A stretch of 64,000 nucleotides of DNA from Anaerolineales bacterium (GTDB taxonomy: Bacteria; Chloroflexota; Anaerolineae; Anaerolineales; Anaerolineaceae), in NCBI GenBank assembly GCA_038329785.1, contig JBBQNI010000011.1, positions 2,518 through 66,517 on the forward strand, read 5' to 3'. The notes under the pieces are model-generated. The model was not told the DNA's origin, ran no database searches, and saw only the letters and a list, made by a program, of their open reading frames with translations. The position numbers and the translations under genes are program-made. Positions 38,529 to 48,472 of this stretch are shown here, piece by piece; the first letter of the stretch is position 1; every line of letters starts with the position of its first letter.

Positions 38529-39848
38529 ATGGCTAATCGACTTCAACTGCGTACAAATTACCGTAAGCTAAGAGCCTATCTCATCCCTGTTTCGCTGCCT
38601 GTCCCACAACATCTGCAAGCGAATTTCAGGCATCTTTATGGGGATATCGGCTGGTACGCGCTTTTAGTCGGAGGTGCGCTATCATTTCTTACCATTTATG
38701 CTGCCCGTCTGGGCGCCAGCGCCACCCAAATCGGTCTGATCAATGCCATGCCAGCGATTGTAAGCTTGTTCGTCTCATTGCCGGCTGGTCCATGGTTAGA
38801 AGCACGCCCGTTAAACAAGGCTATTTTAATCAGCGCTATGGGGCAGCGCATTTTCTATCTTTTCATGGTCCTTCTACCCTGGTTGTTCGGAAAAAGCCAA
38901 CAAATATGGGTCTTAATATTCTTCACCCTGGTGATGAGTATCCCGGGAACAGTTATCTCAATTGGGTTTAATGTCGTTTTTGCATCCGGCGTACCTATGC
39001 GTTACCGCGGTATGGTAGCAGCAAAAAGAAATGCGTTAAGCGCCATCATCACAGTCATTACTACCCTCATTTGCGGTAGAATACTCACAATTCTGCCATT
39101 TCCGCTTGGCTATCAGGTGGTTTTTGCGATAGGGTTTTTCGGGGCTGCCATGAGCGCTTATCATCTTTCGCGGGTAAAAGCGGTTGTCGATCCGGAAGAT
39201 GCAATCTCGGTGGCGCCTCTGATGGAAGCAGCACCAATAGATGAGGAAGGTGGTAAAAAATTCCCCAATCTATTGATGCGCTTACGCGAACGCCTGCATA
39301 TCGAAGCTTTGAAAGGCCAATTTGGGCGATCTTTACTCTTATTGACAGTCTTTCATTTTTTCCATTATTTGTCCATTCCATTGTTCCCGTTATTTTTTGT
39401 GAACGAAATTCATATTTCTGATCAAGTCATCAGCATGGGCACAGCCATTTTTTATCTGACTATGTTTTTCGGCTCCACGCAGATCAACAAATTGATTGGA
39501 AAGCTTGGAAATATGAAATCGACCGGCATCGGCATTGTCCTGCTGGGTATTTACCCAACTTTACTTTCCTTTGCCGAAGATGCCACACTTTTTTATGCAG
39601 CCTCATTTTTTGGTGGATTTGCCTGGTCAATCGTCAATGTAGCAATGATCAATTATTTGCTTGAGAAAGTGCCTTCTAACAAGCGCACCGGACATTTTGC
39701 CTGGTTTTCGCTGGCGGTCAACGCCGCCATTTTACTGGGCACCACCCTCGGGCCGGTTTTTGGAGGCATGCTCGGTATCACTGTAGCGCTCTTTATTTTC
39801 GGTATATTACGAATGATAGCCGGCCTGGCCATTCTTAAGTGGGGTTAA
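38529..39848 (+). CDS. MFS transporter
   Basis: About 12 predicted hydrophobic helices. MFS-like loop motif between TM2 and TM3 (LPAGPWLEARPLNK). Confidence 0.75.
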   Translation: MANRLQLRTNYRKLRAYLIPVSLPVPQHLQANFRHLYGDIGWYALLVGGALSFLTIYAARLGASATQIGLINAMPAIVSLFVSLPAGPWLEARPLNKAILISAMGQRIFYLFMVLLPWLFGKSQQIWVLIFFTLVMSIPGTVISIGFNVVFASGVPMRYRGMVAAKRNALSAIITVITTLICGRILTILPFPLGYQVVFAIGFFGAAMSAYHLSRVKAVVDPEDAISVAPLMEAAPIDEEGGKKFPNLLMRLRERLHIEALKGQFGRSLLLLTVFHFFHYLSIPLFPLFFVNEIHISDQVISMGTAIFYLTMFFGSTQINKLIGKLGNMKSTGIGIVLLGIYPTLLSFAEDATLFYAASFFGGFAWSIVNVAMINYLLEKVPSNKRTGHFAWFSLAVNAAILLGTTLGPVFGGMLGITVALFIFGILRMIAGLAILKWG

Positions 39849-41077
39849 TCGCTCTCAGTCGCATTGGACGTTGCCGGTTGGTTACGACGCTGGCGGCGGT
39901 GATAAAGTAAATAATAGAATATCACACTTAAACCACTGATGAAACTGCCTGCCAACCATGGGGATTGCGGCGAAATCGTGTCATTCAGAGTACCGCCCAA
40001 TAGCGGGCCGATTCCACTGGCGATGCCATTGCTCATTCCATGCACACTCATATATCGACCACGTTTATCAGCCGGTGCCAGATTGGCTGAAAAAGTTGTG
40101 GCTGTCGGCACCATTACCAGCTCACCAATCGTCATGATCACCATCGCCAGCCAGAAAAACCAGAAGCCGGTTCCAAAGGCAATAATTAGAGCAGCAACTA
40201 CATAAAAAACAGCGCCAAATGACATTACCAGCAACGGATTGTGCTTTCTGGTCTGTCTGGTGATCATAATTTGGAAAAACACCACCATGATGGCATTGGT
40301 GGTTGGGATAAATCCGTAGAGCTGTTCGGGGATGCCAAAATTCTGCTTAGTGTAAACTGCCAGCATAACCCAAATCATCGATGCCGTCACAAAAGTCAAG
40401 GTATAGGTCAGGTTGAATTGGATAAATGGTTTATCTTTAAGCACCTGGTCATAGCCACCAAAGCGTTGCTTGATGGCTGCCAGCGAGGTATCCTTTTGCA
40501 ATGTTTCTCTGGCGCGGATTGCCAGTAAAATGCTGTAGGTTAAGAGGCCTGAGGCAGCCAGGAAGAAAGCAACCGTATAGGAAGCTGATGTGACAAACCC
40601 ACCGATTGCCGGCCCAATCGCTACTCCCAGGTTGTTACTCATGCGCAGGATGGAATAACCTTCTGCTCGTCTTTGCGGTGCAACCATATCCGCCATCATC
40701 GCATCTGAGCCAACCTGGTAAAGAGGGTTGAACACACCGCGTAATCCCATTAAGATGGCAAACTCAGGCAAGGTGGTCGCAAAGCTCATCAGGATATAGC
40801 AAATACCATTGCCAGCCAGGCTGATCACCATCACCCACTTTCGGCCAAGGCGGTCCGTCAATGGGCCGGCCACAAAAGAAAAAAGCAGATTGGTGACAGC
40901 GTTGATGGTTACCAGGCTGGCTACAACAGCCAGCCCGACGTCCAATTTCTCGCTAACATAAATCATTAAAAACGGCCAGATCATACTGGTGCCGATGGTG
41001 CCAATCAACATGCCGAAAGACATCAACCAGAATTGATTTGGGTATTGTTGAATATTTCGATTCAGTCTGTCAATCAT
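39845..41077 (-). CDS. MFS transporter (drug/H+ antiporter-like)
   Basis: 12-helix pattern with MFS motif A (GPLTDRLGRKWVM). Convergent with the preceding MFS gene, with a 4-nt overlap of the 3' ends. Confidence 0.8.
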   Translation of the reverse strand: MIDRLNRNIQQYPNQFWLMSFGMLIGTIGTSMIWPFLMIYVSEKLDVGLAVVASLVTINAVTNLLFSFVAGPLTDRLGRKWVMVISLAGNGICYILMSFATTLPEFAILMGLRGVFNPLYQVGSDAMMADMVAPQRRAEGYSILRMSNNLGVAIGPAIGGFVTSASYTVAFFLAASGLLTYSILLAIRARETLQKDTSLAAIKQRFGGYDQVLKDKPFIQFNLTYTLTFVTASMIWVMLAVYTKQNFGIPEQLYGFIPTTNAIMVVFFQIMITRQTRKHNPLLVMSFGAVFYVVAALIIAFGTGFWFFWLAMVIMTIGELVMVPTATTFSANLAPADKRGRYMSVHGMSNGIASGIGPLLGGTLNDTISPQSPWLAGSFISGLSVIFYYLLYHRRQRRNQPATSNATESD

Positions 41078-41330
41078 CGCTTAGCAGGCCAGTGAATATC
41101 AATTTCTTTCAGAATTATCACGAGGTGAGAGGTTTTTTTTGTCATTTTTCAAGCCAGAACCGCATGCATTCTATCATTGAACGAATAAAACAGGAGATGG
41201 AAAAGTGAAAAGCAGCAAGAAAAAAATAATATAGAATAAGCAGCGAAGTATGAACTATGGGCTATGGCTATGGTCTAAATACCCGCGTGTGGTAAAATAA
41301 AACTCAATTTAGCTCCATGATGGAGGAAAA

Positions 41331-41552
41331 ATGGTCAGTCAAGATTTACTTGATATCTTACGATGTCCAGCTTGTGTGCGTGAAACCGAGGGTCTGCTCG
41401 AATTGGTCAAGGATTCCTGGCTTGTTTGTCAGGATTGTGCCCGGAAGTATCCCATTGTGGAAGATATTCCCGTCATGTTGATCGACGAAGGAGACAAATG
41501 GGTGCAAACCGCGGAAGAAGATTTACCTGTCCCGCCACCACCCATGGATTGA
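41331..41552 (+). CDS. Trm112/YcaR-family zinc-ribbon protein
   Basis: LLDILRCPACV...LVCQDCARKYPIVEDIPVMLIDE, the characteristic Trm112p-like pattern. 73 aa. Confidence 0.85.
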   Translation: MVSQDLLDILRCPACVRETEGLLELVKDSWLVCQDCARKYPIVEDIPVMLIDEGDKWVQTAEEDLPVPPPPMD

Positions 41553-41652
41553 CTGGTTGAAAAAATGCGCTGACTGAACCCGAGCGGCTGGCAACAAAAT
41601 CGACAGCCCGATCACAGCGCACATTTAATGACGAGTACGAGTTGATACCTTT

Positions 41653-43113
41653 ATGAATAAAAAAGAGAAGAAACAAAAACGTCCAATCGTTTTTGATAGA
41701 ACGACCATTATTATCCTGGCCGTCTTTTTGGTTTTAGCCGTTTTCAGTGGAATCGTTGTGTTCCGGGTTTCGCAAACAATCGTCTCCACCTGGACGATGA
41801 CAGACTTACAAGGTATTCCAGTGCCACCCAAAGGCACCACTGATTCCAATAATCCGCAAGCACAAGCCCCGGATAACAATATACCGGAACCACCGGTCCA
41901 AATCAATGCCGGTCCGACGCCTGAGCCTTGGGATGGTGTCAGCCGAATCACTGTCTTATTGATGGGTCTGGATTATCGCGATTGGGAAGCTGGCGAGGTG
42001 CCGCGGACGGATACCATGATTTTGTTATCAATGGATCCACTCACCAATACGGCTGCAATCATGTCCATACCGCGCGATATGTGGGTGAATATTCCTGGCT
42101 TTGAATATGACAAAATTAATCAAGCCTATCGTTTAGGAGAACTGTACGACCTACCCGGTGGCGGCCCCGCTCTGGCTATGGAAACCGTCAAACAATTCCT
42201 GGGGATACCAATCGATTATTATGCCCAGATTGATTTTTCCGCTTTTGTGCGTTTCATTGATGAAATTAAAGGTGTAACAGTTACCCCCACGATGGATGTC
42301 AAGATTGTTCCAATTGGCGAAGGATATAAGCAAACGCTGAAAGCCGGTGAAACGGTCACCCTGCCGGGTGATCTCGCCCTGGGCTATGCGCGCGCACGTT
42401 ATACGGAAGGCGGAGATTTTGATCGCGCCAAACGCCAGCAGGAAGTCATCCTCTCTATTCGCAATCGCGTCTTGAGCTATGAAATGCTGCCTTTGTTAAT
42501 TACGAAAGCTCCATTACTCTACAATGAAATCTCGTCAGGAATAAAAACCAATCTGGCACTCGATCAAGCCATCCGCCTGGCTGTTTCCGCTTTGAAAATT
42601 GAACGCGAAAATATCACAACGTACGTGATTGACACCACCGATGTTGAGCTTGGCAAAACTCCGGATGGCTCACAAGATATCCTGATCCCAATCCCCGACA
42701 AAGTCCGTCTGGTTCGAGATCAGGCCTTCACAAACGGTGGTCCGGTTGGTCCGGCTGCTGTCGCCAATGACAGTGCCAATAATAGCCTGGTCAGCGCTGA
42801 AAATGCCCGCGTTTCAATCCTGAATGGAAGTTGGATGGAAGGGCTGGCCAGCTCCAGCAGTGAATACCTACGTAATTATGGATTTAATGTCATTGAAGAA
42901 ACAAATGGGCAGGCAACGGATGTAACCACCATTTATTTGTATAAATCCAGACCATACACCATACAATTCATTTTCGATTTGTTTGAGAAAGCTGGTTTGA
43001 ACCCACCACGTCTATACAACCGTCTGGATTTAAACAGTAATACCGATATAGCTGTCGATTTTGGCAACGATTGGGCCAATTACATCAATGCCAATAATTT
43101 CCCGGCTGATTAA
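41653..43113 (+). CDS. LytR-CpsA-Psr (LCP) family cell-wall glycopolymer ligase with a C-terminal LytR_C-like domain
   Basis: TM anchor, then the LCP core ITVLLMGLDYRD...RTDTMILLSMDP...SIPRDMWVNIPG...KINQAY...ARARY...DFDRAKRQQEV. Confidence 0.88.
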   Translation: MNKKEKKQKRPIVFDRTTIIILAVFLVLAVFSGIVVFRVSQTIVSTWTMTDLQGIPVPPKGTTDSNNPQAQAPDNNIPEPPVQINAGPTPEPWDGVSRITVLLMGLDYRDWEAGEVPRTDTMILLSMDPLTNTAAIMSIPRDMWVNIPGFEYDKINQAYRLGELYDLPGGGPALAMETVKQFLGIPIDYYAQIDFSAFVRFIDEIKGVTVTPTMDVKIVPIGEGYKQTLKAGETVTLPGDLALGYARARYTEGGDFDRAKRQQEVILSIRNRVLSYEMLPLLITKAPLLYNEISSGIKTNLALDQAIRLAVSALKIERENITTYVIDTTDVELGKTPDGSQDILIPIPDKVRLVRDQAFTNGGPVGPAAVANDSANNSLVSAENARVSILNGSWMEGLASSSSEYLRNYGFNVIEETNGQATDVTTIYLYKSRPYTIQFIFDLFEKAGLNPPRLYNRLDLNSNTDIAVDFGNDWANYINANNFPAD

Positions 43114-43135
43114 TGCGATTTAGTGTGAGCAAGTT

Positions 43136-43166
43136 ACCCGCGAGAAAAGTTCTCACGGGTTTTTTT
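43136..43166 (+). terminator. Rho-independent terminator after the LCP gene
   Basis: ACCCGCGAGAA-AAG-TTCTCACGGGT (one mismatch) followed by TTTTTT. Confidence 0.7.
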
Positions 43167-43908
43167 ATACTCTTTTCCTTCCCAGAGAAGCCAGATAAAC
43201 TACAAACTGGTTTTCACCATCCAGCCGGAGAACCGAATTTAAGGTTTCATCATCAAAAGCAGCAATAGCACAAACGCCGCAGGAACTTGCCTCTGCACCC
43301 AGGTAAAGATTCTGGCAAATATGACCGGCATCCAGATGTAAATAGCGGTATCCGCGTTCACCATAACGCCAATACATACGTTCCTTGATGGCAACCCAGA
43401 TGAAAGTAACAGCACTTTCGAGAATTTGAGCCTGATCACCACAGGCAGATGTCACACGTTGATTTAATTCCGGATCATCATCGAGGGGTAACAGCGCATG
43501 TTCCAATGCCAGGTATCGGTACAAACCGGGCGTGAGACCCTCCACCCGATTTATCAACAGGTAAGTTTCAAATGCATGTCGTGCCCCTGCCGATGGGACA
43601 GTTCGCAATGTGTGTTTGGGCGAACTCTTCTCCTTGACCCCTTGAGTCACCCACAGCAAATAAGCCAATTCTGCCAGTGTTATGGGAGCATCCTGATAGC
43701 GACGGAGCGTACGGCGTTCTTCAATTGCGCTGATTAATGAGATTGGGTGATCTGAAACCTCTTTCACAACCGGCAAAGAAACAACAGTCGCCGATGGGTC
43801 ATAGGGAAGCTGCAATGGCGGCTGAGGCACCCCCTGGCTTTGCAACGAGGTGGATAGATATTTATAGGTCGTTTTCAACATAAATTGCTTGCCAATGCCA
43901 TCGCTCAT
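43165..43908 (-). CDS. SagB/ThcOx-type nitroreductase-fold dehydrogenase
   Basis: ERRTLRRYQDAPITLAELAYLLWVTQGV...RTVPSAGARHAFETYLLINRVEGLTPGLYRY..., typical of the SagB-type dehydrogenase domain. No cyclodehydratase or precursor peptide gene is nearby. Confidence 0.75.
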   Translation of the reverse strand: MSDGIGKQFMLKTTYKYLSTSLQSQGVPQPPLQLPYDPSATVVSLPVVKEVSDHPISLISAIEERRTLRRYQDAPITLAELAYLLWVTQGVKEKSSPKHTLRTVPSAGARHAFETYLLINRVEGLTPGLYRYLALEHALLPLDDDPELNQRVTSACGDQAQILESAVTFIWVAIKERMYWRYGERGYRYLHLDAGHICQNLYLGAEASSCGVCAIAAFDDETLNSVLRLDGENQFVVYLASLGRKRV

Positions 43909-43954
43909 GATACCTCCAAAATTTTTACGATCTGATAAATCAAATTCCTAATTT

Positions 43955-45553
43955 TCATAATCGCTTTACCCGTTGCAATAAAAGATGGCTTAATTGCTTC
44001 AGTTCTTCCACACGCAGCAACCAACTCACAACGGTAAAAACGAAGATGCCTAACCCGGCTCCAGCAAACAAAACAATCCAAGCAGGAAGTTTTGCCGTCG
44101 TCTGCAGTAACCAGAGCAAAGCCACCCCCATTATAGCAGCCGCGCTGAGCGATTTCCATAAGATTCGCAGGACCTTCTGACCAACAATACCATGTAAGCG
44201 CCTGCGCATCAGAAAAATTAAAACGCCTGATTCGAGCCCGGTAGCAATTGTATTCGCCAGGGCGAGGCCACCGTGAGGCATCCATCCAATCCGCTGAAAG
44301 AGACTCCCCAACAAAATACTGAGAAGAATGTTAAGCGACATGGCGATCACTCCCACCATAACCGGCGTGCGGGTATCATGCAGCGCATAAAACGCGCGGC
44401 TGATGATCTCAACCACGCTGTGACCAACCAGCCCGATCCCATACCAGAGCAGTGCCCAGGCAACCAGGCGGGTTGATTCTGAAGTAAATGCCTCGCCATT
44501 CTGGTAGAGTGTTTGTATTAACGGGAAACGCAACAAGACCAGGCCAATTGAAGCCGGTATTGAGAGAAACAATACGGCTCTCAGAGCTGCTGCCAGAGAA
44601 GCGCGCATTTCATCATTTTTACCCATGGCCACCTGGGCAGAGAAGGTAGGCAATGAGGCCGTTGCAATTGCCTGGGCAATGAACATTAACGGCATCAACA
44701 TCAACGCAAAACCACCCGTCAGGCCGGTTACACTGCCCTCAGAATAGCCCGAGGCCAGGTTGGTATTCACCAGAAAATTGATTTGTACAACGGCTACCCC
44801 AGCCAGACGCGGCAGCATTAACATACCCACCTCACGCACGGCTGGATCTCGCAGCCCGAACAGCAATTGGTATTTGCCATTCAAGCGTAAGAGCTTGGGT
44901 AATTGAATAAGCAAGTGTAACCCCGCTCCTAAAATCACACCCCAGGCTAACCCAAATATCCCAAGACTTGGAGCGAGGAGCAGTACCCCGAGAATCATTC
45001 CCAACGAATACATGGATGGCGCCAGAGCCGGCAACAGGAAGCTCTGGTGCGCATTTAAAATACCCATGATTAAACCCGATACGCCAAATATGATAGTCGA
45101 AGGCAAAAGCATACGCAAAAGCTGTACGGTTAACTCAAATTTTTGAGGGTTATTCAAAAACCATTCTGGCGCTAGAATATAACGTACGACCTGCGGAGCA
45201 AAAATTGCAGATAATACTGCCAATAATGTAGTGATGGCAATGACCAGGTTAATGATCGAATGAGCCAGCCGCCAGGCCGCTTCTTTTTTTGCCTGGGTCA
45301 ATAATGTTGTAAATGTCGGTACAAACGCGGATGCGAGTGCCCCACCCGCTACCAAATTAAAAATAAATTCCGGGATGCGATTGGCAGAGTAAAAGGCATC
45401 ACTCTCCATGCCGGTGCCAAAAGCCCGCAGGATGACAATTCCACGCACCAAATTAAAGAGGCTGCTGACCAGAAAAGCCAGCATAACCGTACCGGCAGCG
45501 CGCGCTATCTGGCGATTAGCACTTGTTTGTGAAGAATTGGGGGAATCCATCAC
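43955..45553 (-). CDS. murJ: Lipid II flippase MurJ
   Basis: MviN/MurJ N-terminal pattern (LVRGIVILRAFGTGMESDAFYSANRIPEFIFNLVAGGALASAFVP). 14-helix length class (532 aa). Confidence 0.9.
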   Translation of the reverse strand: MMDSPNSSQTSANRQIARAAGTVMLAFLVSSLFNLVRGIVILRAFGTGMESDAFYSANRIPEFIFNLVAGGALASAFVPTFTTLLTQAKKEAAWRLAHSIINLVIAITTLLAVLSAIFAPQVVRYILAPEWFLNNPQKFELTVQLLRMLLPSTIIFGVSGLIMGILNAHQSFLLPALAPSMYSLGMILGVLLLAPSLGIFGLAWGVILGAGLHLLIQLPKLLRLNGKYQLLFGLRDPAVREVGMLMLPRLAGVAVVQINFLVNTNLASGYSEGSVTGLTGGFALMLMPLMFIAQAIATASLPTFSAQVAMGKNDEMRASLAAALRAVLFLSIPASIGLVLLRFPLIQTLYQNGEAFTSESTRLVAWALLWYGIGLVGHSVVEIISRAFYALHDTRTPVMVGVIAMSLNILLSILLGSLFQRIGWMPHGGLALANTIATGLESGVLIFLMRRRLHGIVGQKVLRILWKSLSAAAIMGVALLWLLQTTAKLPAWIVLFAGAGLGIFVFTVVSWLLRVEELKQLSHLLLQRVKRL

Positions 45554-45645
45554 GCCGATTATAGCCGATTTTGGCCCCCAAACCCACGCATGGCAGAAAG
45601 CGCATCAATAACACCCCTATTGATTAACAAATTATTAAGAACATG

Positions 45646-45674
45646 TTTGACATTTTAGATTTGTGCTGATATAG
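45646..45674 (+). promoter_or_regulatory. Sigma70-like promoter for the cold-shock gene, implying a ~145-nt 5' leader
   Basis: TTGACA (45646-45651), a 17-nt spacer, then TATAGT (45669-45674). The csp ATG is at 45828. Long structured leaders are typical for cspA-type genes. Confidence 0.5.
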
Positions 45675-45827
45675 TATCATTCAGAGTAAGAAGCAAGTCC
45701 GTTTTGTAGAAGAAGTACGAAAGAATATCTGACTGCGGGGATTAAGACCTGGGCAATATTCCAAACTTCAGACGAAAACCCAAAGCTTCTAAATGCAAAC
45801 CGTTTTATTTTTTTAGGAGGCACTACA

Positions 45828-46037
45828 ATGTCTGAACGTATTCAAGGAACCGTCAAATGGTTCAACGAGACCAAAGGTTTTGGTTTCATCGAGCGTGAAG
45901 GTGGACCGGATGTATTTGTCCACTATTCGTCAATCCAATCCAAGGGTTTCCGCAAATTGGTCGAAGGTCAACGTGTTGAATTCACCATTGAAGATGGTCC
46001 AAAAGGCCCGCAGGCTGCTGAAGTAGAAGCACTTTAA
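45828..46037 (+). CDS. cspA: Cold-shock protein (CspA family)
   Basis: 69 aa with RNP1 KGFGFI and RNP2 VFVHY. AGGAGG Shine-Dalgarno. Confidence 0.95.
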   Translation: MSERIQGTVKWFNETKGFGFIEREGGPDVFVHYSSIQSKGFRKLVEGQRVEFTIEDGPKGPQAAEVEAL

Positions 46038-46055
46038 GTTTTTACGACACGCCAA

Positions 46056-46098
46056 ACAAAAAGAGGCTGTTCCTTTGAAAGAACAGCCTCTTTTTTTC
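46056..46098. terminator. Bidirectional rho-independent terminator
   Basis: AGAGGCTGTTC (46062-46072), loop CTTTGAAA, GAACAGCCTCT (46081-46091). Flanked by an A-run and a T-run. Sits between convergent csp and the eRF1-like gene. Confidence 0.85.
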
Positions 46099-46099
46099 A

Positions 46100-47194
46100 T
46101 TAATAGCGTAAGAATGCGCCGATCTTTCCTGCATCCTCAAAATCAGGAATCAACTCAACCACCTCTACCTCGCCGCCATGTTTAAGCGTGATGGTCACAG
46201 CCAGGGCAATCACATCCTGCACCTCTTGTGGGGTTTGTTCACAGGCCTGGCAGGCAACCTCCGGCATGGAGGTGATTACCTCACAATCAGGGCAACGAAA
46301 ACCGGCAGTATGATAACCGCGCTGAATGACAAGAGTCTGGACCCTGCCGGCACCAACCGCGGCCAGTACAGGTTCCAATCCGGTGACAGCCTGGTTACGT
46401 TTCGCCGCCTGCGTAATCAAACGTTCCACCAAATGAGCTTCACGCTCTTCTTCCGCCTTTGTACCAATTTCCATCGCCCGTTGGGCAATCTCATGTGAGG
46501 TGGCTGTCATTGGCATAACAAAGGAGCCAACAATCAAACTTTGCCAGGATTTTGGCAAAAATGAACGGAATAGAGCGGTATTATCATCACTGCCGCCTAA
46601 TAATATCCGCCGAATATGCTTTGATTCAAAAAACCTGGTAGCAAAATCCACGCTTTCGCGTACATTGCGCTCGACCGTTTCGTCAATTGAGCGAGCTTGA
46701 ATATTTCCGCCCCCGCGCATCCCTAATGCGGACCCGCCGGTCTTGATTTGTTTGATTTCATTTCCCAGAACACCTTCCTGTTCACGTAATTCCCCCAGAT
46801 GAAAATGGAAAATGCGGGCGCCCTGTTTATCAACCAGAACCACGCCGTATTCACCAAAACTATCAATCAGACCTGCTAATGGGCGCACATTCGGGCGTAT
46901 TCCTTCATGGATCAGGTCCGGAGTCGGAATAGCCAACGGGTAAACTCTGAAGAAATCAGCAGTCACATCTGAAAATAAAACCACACTCCTGCCGGACCAA
47001 TCGTATTCAGTGTCAAAATAATTTTCAATTCGTTCAACGTCATCTTTGAGATTGGTGTTTTTCATCATTGAGCGCAAACGCAGGCGGTAGGAATCTGCAT
47101 TGCCTAAAGTTGGATCAGTATTAAGATAAATGCTCAACATTTTTGACTGGGACTGGTAGTCAACCAATTCACGCAGGTCTTTATCTGAAAACAT
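46100..47194 (-). CDS. Bacterial aeRF1/Vms1-like (eRF1-fold) protein with a C-terminal zinc ribbon
   Basis: N-terminus LRELVDYQSQSKMLSIYLNTDPT, as in bacterial aeRF1-type proteins. Central segment KQIKTGGSALGMRGGGNIQARS resembles the eRF1 HGRGGQSALRFARL loop. C-terminal CPDC...CQAC ribbon. Confidence 0.6.
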   Translation of the reverse strand: MFSDKDLRELVDYQSQSKMLSIYLNTDPTLGNADSYRLRLRSMMKNTNLKDDVERIENYFDTEYDWSGRSVVLFSDVTADFFRVYPLAIPTPDLIHEGIRPNVRPLAGLIDSFGEYGVVLVDKQGARIFHFHLGELREQEGVLGNEIKQIKTGGSALGMRGGGNIQARSIDETVERNVRESVDFATRFFESKHIRRILLGGSDDNTALFRSFLPKSWQSLIVGSFVMPMTATSHEIAQRAMEIGTKAEEEREAHLVERLITQAAKRNQAVTGLEPVLAAVGAGRVQTLVIQRGYHTAGFRCPDCEVITSMPEVACQACEQTPQEVQDVIALAVTITLKHGGEVEVVELIPDFEDAGKIGAFLRY

Positions 47195-47233
47195 GGTACC
47201 TCCTCAATCTGTTGATGTTTACATGACCAACAA

Positions 47234-48433
47234 TTATGGACGTTTTCCTAATGTGAGCACCACCTCCTTTAATTCACCATTGCGAATGATCTTCAGGGTA
47301 ATATCTTCTCCTGGGCTTTTATTGGCCATCAAATAACTTAGAAAATCACCAAATACACGCACTGGGCGGCCATCCACTTCGATGATCAGGTCTCCGCCGG
47401 ATAGCAGCGTTGGTATCGAAGTTGGATCTTCACCACCCCGCAAACCTGCATCCTCTGCCGGGCTGCCAGAAGTTACGCTGATCACATACGCTCCCGTATT
47501 TTGTTCAATTTGAAGGGCTTCACGTTCAATCAAGGTGAGATCTTCCTGACTGGTGACACCTACATAGGGATAATCATAATAGCCTTGAGAGATCAAATAG
47601 GGGACCACGCGGCTGACAATGTTACTGGAAATGGCAAAGCCGATGCCGCTATTAACCGGTTCTCCGCCGCTATTAGAAGTTTCCGTGCGGATGGCGCGGT
47701 TGATGCCAATAATTTCCCCGTTCAGGTTGAGTAATGGGCCGCCTGAATTACCCGGGTTAATGGCTGCATCGGTTTGAATAATATCACCGGCCGAAAAAAA
47801 AGTGCCGCTGCTGGAAGGCCGAAAGGAGCTCAATGTACGGCTCTTAGCGGATACGATCCCAGTCGTAATTGTTCCGGAAAGGCCAAAGGGGTTGCCTATT
47901 GCAATGACAGATTGACCCACTTTCAATTGATCAGAATCTCCCAGTGGTAAGGGAATCAATTCGGAGGTTGGTGCATCTACTTTAATGACAGCCAGATCAG
48001 AATCCAGGTCTGTGGCAATGACCTTCCCGCGCACCTTATAGCCCGAGGGGAAATCCACTTCCAGGTCGGTTGCGTTTTCAACCACATGATAGTTGGTGAC
48101 GATGTGTCCTTCACTATCAAAAACAAAGCCTGAGCCCAAACCACCTCCTTCGGCAGAGAGAGTCTGAATGGACACAACACCCGGTAACACGCGTTCATAC
48201 AGTTCGATTACCAGGCGTTCTTTTTCCTGCAGATCCAGCAGCGCGATTGGCGGTGATACATTAGCAGGCTCATCCGCCGCTATGACCGTAGCATCAACCG
48301 GGGGAGTCAAAACGGCGGTTGGGTTAGCAGAATTCCCGCCAAAATCTAAATTTGGTAATCGCGGCGTGATTGAACAGGCTAGTGCGACCAGGCTTAAGAT
48401 GGTTACCGCTAGAAAAATTGCTTTTTTATGCAT
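47234..48433 (-). CDS. HtrA/DegP-family serine protease with a PDZ domain, lipoprotein-type signal
   Basis: Catalytic contexts TNYHVV, DSDLAVIK and GNSGGPLLN, with one C-terminal PDZ. Lipobox LVALAC. I moved the start to ATG 48433 after AGGAAAAGGA. Confidence 0.9.
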   Translation of the reverse strand: MHKKAIFLAVTILSLVALACSITPRLPNLDFGGNSANPTAVLTPPVDATVIAADEPANVSPPIALLDLQEKERLVIELYERVLPGVVSIQTLSAEGGGLGSGFVFDSEGHIVTNYHVVENATDLEVDFPSGYKVRGKVIATDLDSDLAVIKVDAPTSELIPLPLGDSDQLKVGQSVIAIGNPFGLSGTITTGIVSAKSRTLSSFRPSSSGTFFSAGDIIQTDAAINPGNSGGPLLNLNGEIIGINRAIRTETSNSGGEPVNSGIGFAISSNIVSRVVPYLISQGYYDYPYVGVTSQEDLTLIEREALQIEQNTGAYVISVTSGSPAEDAGLRGGEDPTSIPTLLSGGDLIIEVDGRPVRVFGDFLSYLMANKSPGEDITLKIIRNGELKEVVLTLGKRP

Positions 48434-48472
48434 CTGTAATCCTTTTCCTACCCGCATTTCCCGGGCGGGATT

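Noticed and set aside
38130-38546. 138-aa minus-strand ORF
   Set aside because: It overlaps the plus-strand DUF2905-like ORF, whose two-TM plus LPG motif pattern is recognisable. The minus-strand product looks random.
43905-44285. 126-aa minus-strand ORF
   Set aside because: It is an out-of-frame overlap with the 3' part of murJ. murJ is full length and convincing.
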